Shown here piece after piece: positions 56,513 through 64,000 of a DNA stretch of 64,000 nt. Source of the stretch: Candidatus Acidiferrales bacterium (GTDB taxonomy: Bacteria; Acidobacteriota; Terriglobia; Acidiferrales; UBA7541); contig DATBXX010000008.1 of NCBI GenBank assembly GCA_036514055.1, positions 29,060 through 93,059 on the forward strand, given 5' to 3'. Numbering within the stretch: position 1 is the first letter of the stretch; every line of letters begins with the position of its first letter. The translations under genes and the position numbers were made by a program. Below the pieces are notes generated by a model. It was not told the origin of the DNA. It searched no databases and saw only the letters and a program-made list of their open reading frames with translations.

Positions 56513-57256
56513 CTAGCTGTAAACAATCTGTGTACTGGAAACGTCCAGATCGGCAACTACCCTCGGGCCCGGCCCCAGCCTGGCGTTGTCGGATGCGTCG
56601 GCGCTATTGTGGCGCATCTCCCAGATAGCGACAACCATTCCGACCAACTCATGGGCAAAGATCTTGATTCCCGTCCTGGAAGTCCACCAGTCGTCGGGAT
56701 CGAAGTCATGGTCGCGTGCGGCCACCACACGCAGAACGGTGCCGGGCGCAAGCGATCTCTCGTAAATATATCGGGCCCGCCGCGTATGAAAGTTCGACGT
56801 CACCAGAATGATTCGCTTCCATCCATGGGAAGAAACGAGCTGGCTAATCGCAGCGGCCTCCTCCCGGGTGTCTTCGGCACGGTGCGCAAAACGAACAACG
56901 GCGGAAATGGGGACTCCCCGGTCCGTCAGATCGTGCTCCTCCAGCTCGGCAATGCTCGCGTAGGACCGGAGCCCCCGGCCACTGGCAACAATGCGGGGTG
57001 CCCAACCGGCCTTGAGAAGTTCGGCGGCCCGGGTGGCCCGGTCGCCATCATAGTTGTCATCACCCAGAACCACGATGGCATCACAGGCCACCGGAGCTTC
57101 ATCCACGATCCAGAAGCTGCCGGCCATTCGCAGCAACGGATGGCGCGCGAGATATAGAAGAAAAACAACGCCCAGGAAGAACATCAGGAACAGTAACCGA
57201 AAAAAAATTCCGCCGCGCTGCGAGACGCCGGGACGGACCGGTGGATGGTTAGCCAT
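56513..57256 (-). CDS. DUF218 (YdcF/ElyC-like) domain membrane protein
   Basis: N-terminal TM helix, then CDAIVVLGDDNYDGDRA...PRIVASG...ILVTSNFHTRRA, the YdcF-like motifs. The start overlaps the galT-like stop (TAATG). Confidence 0.75.
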   Translation of the reverse strand: MANHPPVRPGVSQRGGIFFRLLFLMFFLGVVFLLYLARHPLLRMAGSFWIVDEAPVACDAIVVLGDDNYDGDRATRAAELLKAGWAPRIVASGRGLRSYASIAELEEHDLTDRGVPISAVVRFAHRAEDTREEAAAISQLVSSHGWKRIILVTSNFHTRRARYIYERSLAPGTVLRVVAARDHDFDPDDWWTSRTGIKIFAHELVGMVVAIWEMRHNSADASDNARLGPGPRVVADLDVSSTQIVYS

Positions 57257-58236
57257 TACTTCCCGGGATCGAACTGGCGGAGTCGTTCGGCGGCCTGTTC
57301 GGGCAGAGTGCCATTGAAGTAGACCTCCTTGATGCTGTACGACTTGCTGCGAGTCTCCAGGATCGGCAGGATTTCGATGTGCCAGTGGTAGTCGCCGCCT
57401 ATGGTCGCCCAGTAATCGCTTAACTCACCTTTTGTCTGGAGGGTATTTGGAGCGGTGTGCAGAACCATGTGGTAGCTGCCACTGATCTGCAGCAGGCGGC
57501 GCAGCGTGCGACCGAGCAGAGTGGCCAGGTTGCGGCGCTTTTCCTCAGGTGAAGGAGATTCAAACTGGTGGGAATGAGTCTTCGGAATCAGCCAAGTCTC
57601 ATAGGGCACGCGGGAAGCATACGGACAAAACGCGTAATAGTCGCCGACATTGTCCACGATTCGCTTGGTCTGGCGAATTTCCTGGCGCAGGATGTCGCAG
57701 AAAACGCAACGGTCCCGCTCACGGTACCATTCCCGGGCGGAACGTAGTTCGTACAGAATGCGACGCGGCACAAATGTCGTGGCGGAAAGCTGGGAGTGCG
57801 AGTGGGGCCATTCCTCGCCGGCCGCCGGCCCCTGGTTCTTGAACACGGCCACATACTTGAACCGCGCGTCGCGCTTCAAGTCCTCGATTCGCAGCGCGTA
57901 GGCTTGCAGTACCCGTTCGATTTCCTCGTCCGACAGCTGCGTCAGGGTTCGCGAGTGTGTGGGTGTCTCGACAATGATTTCATGAGCTCCGATCGCCGCC
58001 ATGCGATCAAAGATTCCGTCCGCATTACGCGCAGGGTCGCCCTCGATTCGGTATAGAGGGCGGAAATGCGGATACGCGCGTACTTGCCAATTCCCTCGCG
58101 CAGGCAATTCCAGCAGCGCCGGGGCGTTCAGGCGATTCTCAGGACACAGCGGGCACGGCTCAGCTCGCTCCTTCTCGCGTTCCGGATGTCCGACGACTAC
58201 CCAACTGCGCGTGATGGGGTCTTTGCGTAGTTCCAT
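57256..58236 (-). CDS. galT: Galactose-1-phosphate uridylyltransferase-like (GalT/HIT superfamily) protein
   Basis: MELRKDPITRSWVVV, the CPLCPEN zinc motif, and the active-site HSHSQ (HxHxQ). Confidence 0.8.
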   Translation of the reverse strand: MELRKDPITRSWVVVGHPEREKERAEPCPLCPENRLNAPALLELPARGNWQVRAYPHFRPLYRIEGDPARNADGIFDRMAAIGAHEIIVETPTHSRTLTQLSDEEIERVLQAYALRIEDLKRDARFKYVAVFKNQGPAAGEEWPHSHSQLSATTFVPRRILYELRSAREWYRERDRCVFCDILRQEIRQTKRIVDNVGDYYAFCPYASRVPYETWLIPKTHSHQFESPSPEEKRRNLATLLGRTLRRLLQISGSYHMVLHTAPNTLQTKGELSDYWATIGGDYHWHIEILPILETRSKSYSIKEVYFNGTLPEQAAERLRQFDPGK

Positions 58237-58445
58237 CGAGTCCCTGTGCCGTTGACGAGGAGGTCATCTTATAACGAAGGGTCGCCGGACGACAAAGGCA
58301 ACTGCGGCGGTCGAAATCGTGGAACAGAAAAAAAATTGGGTTAATTCACTATCGCAGTCGATTTCTAGTTTACACTGCGCACCAACCATTTCGGTTTGCT
58401 TGGGGCGAGCATCCAACGGGGCCGCGAAATGGGCTAGGAGAGTAT

Positions 58446-59804
58446 TTGAGTACGCTTTCTGCCAGCGCTTCCACAAGCGCGAACCCTCGCACGACACTTG
58501 CCGGTGTGCGCAAGATGACCGTCGTGCCGATGATCGCAGCGACCTATTTCATGGTGGCCGGCGGCCCGTATGGTCTGGAAGACATCGTCCAGAAAACCGG
58601 ATACCGGGCCACGCTTCTGATCCTTCTGATCACTCCCCTGCTCTGGAGCATCCCGACAGCCATGATGGTCAGCGAGCTTGCCACGGCCATCCCCGAAGAC
58701 GGCGGCTTCTACATCTGGGTCCGGCGCGGCATGGGACGTTTTATGGGCTATCAGGAGACCTGGCTCACGATGGCGGGCAGCGTGTTTGAGATGGCCTTGT
58801 ACCCTAATCTGTTTGTAGCTTACATCGCCCGGTTTGCGCCCGGACTGGTCGCCGGCTACCGCGGGCTTGCGATCGGATTGGCGATGATCGCGCTATGCGC
58901 CCTATGGAATATTTTCGGGGTGCGCGCGGTGGGCGACGGCTCGGTTCTGCTGAACGTGGCGCTGCTTGCGCCGTTCGTGGTTTTGGTCGTATTCGCGATG
59001 TCGCACGGACACTCCTACGCGACAAGCGATCTACCCCTACGCCACGCCGACTTCCTGGGCGGAATTCTGATCGCCATGTGGAACTACATGGGCTGGGACA
59101 ATCTGTCAACGATCGCAGGCGAAGTCGAGGCACCCCAGCGGACCTACACCCGCGCCATGCTGGGCGCGATGGTGCTCGTCGTTGCAGGGTACTTGCTGCC
59201 GGTCGCGGCGGTGGCTCAGATCGGACTCGACCCCAACAGCTGGACCACCGGTGGGTGGGTCGATGTGGGGCGAATCGTGGGAGGTCAGGCACTGGCGCTG
59301 GCCATCACGCTTGCTGGCGTGCTTGGCGCGGTAGGATCGTTCGGCGCACTGATGATGTCGTTCACACGGCTTCCCGTGGTGATGGCTGAGGACGGCTATC
59401 TGCCGCGAATTTTCACCCGGCGCCACCCGCGCACCGGCGCGCCGTGGGTTGCCGTCATCGCCTGCGCGCTGTTCTGGGCGCTCTGCTACCCGCTGGGATT
59501 CGAGCGGAGCCTCATCCTTGATGTGCTGCTGACCGGCCTGAGTATCCTTCTGGAGTTCTGGGCGCTGGTCGCACTGCGGATCCGCGAGCCAAACCTGGTG
59601 CGGCCCTACCGTGTGCCGGGCGGAACGATCGGGGCCATTCTTATTGGTCTGCCTCCGTTCGCGCTGATCGTGACGGCACTGGTGCGCAACAGCCAGGAGT
59701 CGGTTGGCAGCACGAACGAACTGGTGGTGGGAGCATCCGTTGTGGTCCTCGGGTTCGCCATGTACTTCCTCACTCGCGCCATCCATCGCAAGAAAGCGGC
59801 GTGA
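58446..59804 (+). CDS. APC family amino acid/polyamine permease
   Basis: About 12 TM helices, with FMVAGGPYGLE near the N-terminus. TTG start preceded by AGGAGAG. Confidence 0.8.
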   Translation: MSTLSASASTSANPRTTLAGVRKMTVVPMIAATYFMVAGGPYGLEDIVQKTGYRATLLILLITPLLWSIPTAMMVSELATAIPEDGGFYIWVRRGMGRFMGYQETWLTMAGSVFEMALYPNLFVAYIARFAPGLVAGYRGLAIGLAMIALCALWNIFGVRAVGDGSVLLNVALLAPFVVLVVFAMSHGHSYATSDLPLRHADFLGGILIAMWNYMGWDNLSTIAGEVEAPQRTYTRAMLGAMVLVVAGYLLPVAAVAQIGLDPNSWTTGGWVDVGRIVGGQALALAITLAGVLGAVGSFGALMMSFTRLPVVMAEDGYLPRIFTRRHPRTGAPWVAVIACALFWALCYPLGFERSLILDVLLTGLSILLEFWALVALRIREPNLVRPYRVPGGTIGAILIGLPPFALIVTALVRNSQESVGSTNELVVGASVVVLGFAMYFLTRAIHRKKAA

Positions 59805-59901
59805 TCGTTCAAGAAATACACCACTCCGGCGCGCGGTGTCGGCTCGTGGGGTTCCGCTTGGCGAATGGGGTCCCTGAGATGGGAACCGGCGTTGCGACGC
59901 C

Positions 59902-60381
59902 ATGATATTCTGCAGTGCAATGACCGAGGTTGCCCAAGCGGATGTCGCCTATATGCGAGCGGCGATCGAGCAGGCTCAGGCTGCCGGAGCGCGAGGCGAA
60001 GTGCCCGTGGGAGCCGTGATCGTCTTTGACGACCATATTGTGGGGCTTGGGGGCAATCGCACGATCCTTGATTGCGACCCCACGGCGCACGCCGAAATTG
60101 TGGCCCTGCGCGAGGCGGCCAAGACCATCGGCAATTACCGTCTGTTGGGCACGACGCTCTATGCGACGATAGAACCGTGCGCCATGTGCGCGGGAGCCAT
60201 GGTACAAGCGCGGATCGCACGCCTGGTTTATGGCGCGGAAGACCCCAAGGGAGGGGCGGTGCATTCCTGCTTTTCGATCTTCGATCACCCGCAGATCAAT
60301 CATCGCGTGAAAGTTGTTGGGGGTTTGCTGGCCGAGGATGCTGCGGCGCTGCTTCAGAATTTTTTCGAAGCAAGACGCTAA
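59902..60381 (+). CDS. tadA: tRNA adenosine(34) deaminase
   Basis: HAEIVALREAA and PCAMCAGAM are the CDA zinc motifs. The start could instead be the ATG at 59920. Confidence 0.88.
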   Translation: MIFCSAMTEVAQADVAYMRAAIEQAQAAGARGEVPVGAVIVFDDHIVGLGGNRTILDCDPTAHAEIVALREAAKTIGNYRLLGTTLYATIEPCAMCAGAMVQARIARLVYGAEDPKGGAVHSCFSIFDHPQINHRVKVVGGLLAEDAAALLQNFFEARR

Positions 60382-60395
60382 ACCCACGCAAACTC

Positions 60396-63300
60396 CTACT
60401 TCTGGGCCGGATCGGCTGCGTCGTCCTTGGGTGGCAGCCAGTAGCTGGCCAGGACCGGTATCAGAAACAGAATGGCAAGCGGAGAGGTGATCATTCCCCC
60501 AACGACTACCCGGGCGAGCGGTTGCTGGGCCTGGACGCCGATGCCGGTCGCAACCGCCGCAGGAAGCAGACCGAGGCACGCTGCTGCGCACGCCATCACC
60601 ACCGGGCGCATCTCGGCCAGCGAAGCGAGTTCAATGGTCGCGCGCATTGAATGCGAGCCGGCCTCCTTCCGACGGATGCCGGAAACAAATACGACTCCGC
60701 CAAGCGTGCACACTCCGATCACCGAGGCGAATCCGACGGCAGCAGAGATGCTGAAGGGCGTGTGGGTCAACAACAATGACAGAATTCCTCCGAGTAGGCC
60801 GAAGGGAAGAATTGCGAGAACCAAAAGTGCATGCCGCAAAGAGTTGAACGCGGTGAATAGCAAAGCCAGAATAATCAGCAGTGTGATCGGGATGATGATG
60901 GCCAGACGCCGCTGTTCCTTCTGAAGGCTGTCATATTCACCCGCCCATTCAAGGTGGTAACCCTCCGGTAGGCGGACCTTTTGGGCGAGACGGCTCTGGA
61001 CCTCCTGTATCGTTCCCGCAAGGTCGCGTCCGCGGACGCTGAATTTGACGGGGATGTAGCGGCGTCCGTTTTCGCGAAAAATCATAAACGCTCCCTGCCG
61101 CAGCGATACGTCCGCCACCTGGCCAAGCGGCACGTTGCTACCGGTCGGGGTCGGTAGAAGAATGTCGCGAATGGCTTCGGCGGAAGTCCGGAACTGAGGC
61201 TGGTAGCGAATGACGAAATCGAAACGCCGATCGCCCTGGAGAATCTGGGTTGCCGGGATGCCCCCAATCGCGGCCTGGACCGCTGCGTTGACGTCTGCCG
61301 ACATCACGCCGTACCGGGCGCTCGCAGCGCGGTCGATCGACACGATCAGTTCAGGCTGTCCCGATTCCTGAAAGACGCCCAGGTCGGCTACTCCGGGAAC
61401 CGCTGCCATGACATCGCGAATTTCATCGGCCTTGGAGACCAGTGTGTCGATATCGTCGCCAAAAAGTTTCAGAGAATTCTCGCCTTTGACTCCTGACATC
61501 GCTTCCTCGACATTGTCCTGAATATTCTGGGAAAAATTGAAATCGATGCCGGGATATTTCTCCAGCTGCTGGTCCATCTGGCTGATGAGCTTGTTTTTGG
61601 TCAAGCCACTCGGCCAATGACCGGGCGGCTTCAGAGACACCATGAACTCGATATTATTGAAAGTGGTGACGTCGGTACCGTCGTCGGGCCGGCCCATTTG
61701 CGAGACCACTTGCGAGACGGCGGGAAAGCCGAGGAGAATTTCGCGAATCTCGTGAGCCATCTTGGCGCCGGTTTCATAGGAGGCGTCTTGCGGCAGGGTC
61801 GCGCGAACCCAAAGGTTCCCTTCCTCCAGTTTGGGCATGAACTCGCCACCGAGGAAAAGAAACGCCACGATCAAGGTCGCGACGAGTGCCGATCCCGCAA
61901 TCGCAAGGACCGTCTTCCGGTTCGACATCGTCCAGCGGATGGCCCCGGCGTAGCGCTTGCCGAGCCAGCTGACCAGATAGGTGTGGTGGCTGCGTATTTT
62001 TTCCGGGTTCATCCAGGAGGCAAGCACAGGTGCGAACAAAACCGCGAACAGGAACGCGCCGACCAGTGCGAAGCCGTAGGTTTCAGACATCGGCGCGAAA
62101 ACCTTGCCGGGAACCCCTTCCATGGTAAACAGCGGTATGAGAGCAACGATGATCACGAGCACCGAGAACGCAACCGGGCGCACGGCTTCGGCGGTCGCAT
62201 CGGCGATCAGATCAAATGTCCGGACATTGGAGTTGGCCGATTGAAAGCGGCGGAAAATATTCTCAAGGACGATCACAGCTGCGTCCACGAGAATCCCGAA
62301 ATCGATTGCGCCAATGGAAATCAGGTTCGCGGAGCGACCCGTGAAGACCATCAGCGAAAATGCGAATAACAGCGAACATGGAATCGTGAGCGCGGCAATC
62401 AGGGAAATGGGTATGTCGCCAAGAAAAACAATGAGAACCAGGGTCACCAACGTAAGGCCGACGATCACGATATCCCGCACCGTTGATGTTGTGACGCGAA
62501 TGAGATCCCGGCGGTCGTACAGGGTCTCCAGTTTTATTCCCCGCGGCAGCAGACCCCCGTTCAGCTGGCTTACTTTCACCTTGAGCTGGCGGAGCGCGGG
62601 CAGGGACTGCTCGCCGCGTTGCAGCAGGACGATGCCCTCGACGGCGTCATCGTCGTGATTGACACCCACCTGACCCAGGCGGGGCTGAGAGCCCTCGTGG
62701 ACGTCGGCGATGTCCTTCAAATAGACGGGTACGCCGTTGCGGGTCGCAATGAGAATGTTCTGCATGTCCCCAATTGATTGCACCAGGCCTACCCCGCGAA
62801 TATTTACACTCTGACTGCCCATGGTCAGATAGTTGCCGCCCGCATTGGCATTGCTAGCAGAGACGGCGGCGATCACCTGTGGGAGGGTGACATTGAGCTG
62901 CAACAGCTTGCGCGCATCGACCTCGGCGACGTATTGGCGGGTGCTCCCGCCGAAACCGGCCACGTCAACGATGCCCGAGACCTGCTTGATCTCCCGCGTG
63001 ACGAGCCAATCCTGCGTTGCCTTTAACTCGTTCAGGCTGTACGCGGGCCCCGAGAGTCGATAGCGGAAGATCTCCCCGACGGGAGATTCCGGTGAAAGCT
63101 GCGGGCTCAGGTTTGAGGGCAGCGAGACCAGCTGCAGGCGATTCAGGACTTCCTGGCGATCCCAGAAGTACTCGCTGTCGTAGTCAAAATAGAGTTTCAC
63201 GTCACTCAAGCCGAAAATCGCGGTCGAGCGAACGTATTCAAGGTGCGGGATGCCGAAAAGTACCGTTTCGATCGGTACGGTGACCTGCCGCTCCATTTCT

Positions 63301-63473
63301 TCGGCCGACCATGAGGGATTTTGGGTCAGCACCTCGACCAGCGGCGGTGATGGATCGGGATATGCCTCGATGTCGAGGCGCAAGAACATGAATATTCCAC
63401 CGGCTATCCAGGCGACCAGCAGGACGATCATCAACGGGCGATAACGGAGCAATGAAGCAATCAGGTTGCGCAT
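60396..63473 (-). CDS. RND efflux transporter permease (CzcA/CusA-like size and N-terminus)
   Basis: 1,025 aa and 12 TM helices. N-terminus LDIEAYPDPSPPLVEVLTQNPSWSAEEMERQVTVPIE. The heavy-metal (HME) subfamily call is tentative. Confidence 0.85.
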   Translation of the reverse strand: MRNLIASLLRYRPLMIVLLVAWIAGGIFMFLRLDIEAYPDPSPPLVEVLTQNPSWSAEEMERQVTVPIETVLFGIPHLEYVRSTAIFGLSDVKLYFDYDSEYFWDRQEVLNRLQLVSLPSNLSPQLSPESPVGEIFRYRLSGPAYSLNELKATQDWLVTREIKQVSGIVDVAGFGGSTRQYVAEVDARKLLQLNVTLPQVIAAVSASNANAGGNYLTMGSQSVNIRGVGLVQSIGDMQNILIATRNGVPVYLKDIADVHEGSQPRLGQVGVNHDDDAVEGIVLLQRGEQSLPALRQLKVKVSQLNGGLLPRGIKLETLYDRRDLIRVTTSTVRDIVIVGLTLVTLVLIVFLGDIPISLIAALTIPCSLLFAFSLMVFTGRSANLISIGAIDFGILVDAAVIVLENIFRRFQSANSNVRTFDLIADATAEAVRPVAFSVLVIIVALIPLFTMEGVPGKVFAPMSETYGFALVGAFLFAVLFAPVLASWMNPEKIRSHHTYLVSWLGKRYAGAIRWTMSNRKTVLAIAGSALVATLIVAFLFLGGEFMPKLEEGNLWVRATLPQDASYETGAKMAHEIREILLGFPAVSQVVSQMGRPDDGTDVTTFNNIEFMVSLKPPGHWPSGLTKNKLISQMDQQLEKYPGIDFNFSQNIQDNVEEAMSGVKGENSLKLFGDDIDTLVSKADEIRDVMAAVPGVADLGVFQESGQPELIVSIDRAASARYGVMSADVNAAVQAAIGGIPATQILQGDRRFDFVIRYQPQFRTSAEAIRDILLPTPTGSNVPLGQVADVSLRQGAFMIFRENGRRYIPVKFSVRGRDLAGTIQEVQSRLAQKVRLPEGYHLEWAGEYDSLQKEQRRLAIIIPITLLIILALLFTAFNSLRHALLVLAILPFGLLGGILSLLLTHTPFSISAAVGFASVIGVCTLGGVVFVSGIRRKEAGSHSMRATIELASLAEMRPVVMACAAACLGLLPAAVATGIGVQAQQPLARVVVGGMITSPLAILFLIPVLASYWLPPKDDAADPAQK

Positions 63474-63479
63474 CGCAGA

Positions 63480-64000
63480 TCAGCCCTGGCCTGCGGAACG
63501 CAGCAGCAGAGTACCTTCGGAAACGATCGTCTCACCTGCGTTCACTCCCGAAAGGATCTCAATTGATCCGTCCAGAGTGCGGCCGATCTTGACAGCGCGG
63601 CGATCGAAGTGCCCGTTTCCCTTGCTCACGAACACGTACGCGTCGTTCCCTTCCCGGATCACGGCCGCCGCAGGCAAAAGAATTCCTTGAGCCGAAGATC
63701 GCAAGATGCGGATCGCACCAAACATTCCCGGCTTGATACGGGCGCCGACGTTTGACAGCACCACCCGGACGTGGAGAGTGCGCGTGGCCGTATCAACAGC
63801 GCCTGAAACGACGTTCACGCTACCCGTCCAGTGCTGGTTGGGATAGGCGTTCAGAGTCACCTCGGCCTGTTCACCCAGTTTTGCAGCAGAAAGATCCTGT
63901 TCGTAGATGTCACCCAGAGCCCACACAGAGGTGATGTCCGCAATGGTTGCAAGCGGCGCCGGCGCAGAAAGTGCCTGTGAAAATTCTCCCGGCGCAGCCC
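63480..64000 (-). CDS. RND efflux periplasmic adaptor (MFP); the N-terminal part lies outside the window
   Basis: The frame is open to the window edge. The C-terminal beta-barrel/MP-domain strings are GMFGAIRI...LLPAAAVIREGNDAYVFV...FDRRAVKIG. It is 6 nt upstream of the RND gene. Confidence 0.8.
   Translation of the reverse strand, partial: AAPGEFSQALSAPAPLATIADITSVWALGDIYEQDLSAAKLGEQAEVTLNAYPNQHWTGSVNVVSGAVDTATRTLHVRVVLSNVGARIKPGMFGAIRILRSSAQGILLPAAAVIREGNDAYVFVSKGNGHFDRRAVKIGRTLDGSIEILSGVNAGETIVSEGTLLLRSAGQG

Noticed and set aside
1-64000. Search for CRISPR arrays, rRNA genes, IS elements with inverted repeats, transposases, integrases and prophage genes.
   Set aside because: No regularly spaced direct repeats, no rRNA-like sequence, and no ORF with recombinase or transposase motifs was seen on either strand.

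Overview
High-GC (about 60%) bacterial chromosome segment. The gene content suggests Acidobacteriota: two roughly 1,200-aa CarboxypepD_reg-type TonB-dependent receptor-like proteins, an acidobacterial-type VWA protein, a PEGA protein, and many secreted Gly-rich proteins. That assignment is inference only. Most of the window is ordinary housekeeping and transport: asd, proC, GS type II, cobA, tadA, galT-like, S1/P1 nuclease, MFS, APC, SSS, DedA, and an RND efflux pair. I saw no rRNA, CRISPR array, IS element, transposase or integrase. Four things are worth a second look. (1) A sigma-54 circuit is readable directly from the DNA. A membrane-embedded histidine kinase and an NtrC-type activator (26.1-28.9 kb) sit just upstream of a textbook -24/-12 promoter (29030-29045) with a perfect upstream palindrome. 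That promoter precedes two paralogous secreted Trp/Tyr/Gly-rich proteins. A second perfect sigma-54 promoter (15597-15612, minus strand) has a related upstream dyad and precedes a small secreted Gly/Tyr/His protein. That protein shares a Gly/His tail with the first paralog. (2) A roughly 4.1-kb segment lies between tRNA-Arg(ACG) and a same-orientation 52-nt fragment of that tRNA's 3' end. This is the signature of an integrated island. It has no integrase, and it carries decayed genes plus an AT-rich block of small uncharacterised genes. (3) A minus-strand operon encodes a secreted Gly-rich protein, a TBDR-like protein with a roughly 200-aa Gly-rich linker, and a VWA protein. (4) Smaller items include a catalytically dead trypsin-fold protein, a gentisate-dioxygenase-like locus without the rest of that pathway, a type III PKS-flavoprotein pair, and a galT-DUF218-bactofilin-methyltransferase operon. 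All functional calls come from reading the supplied translations by eye; no database search was run.
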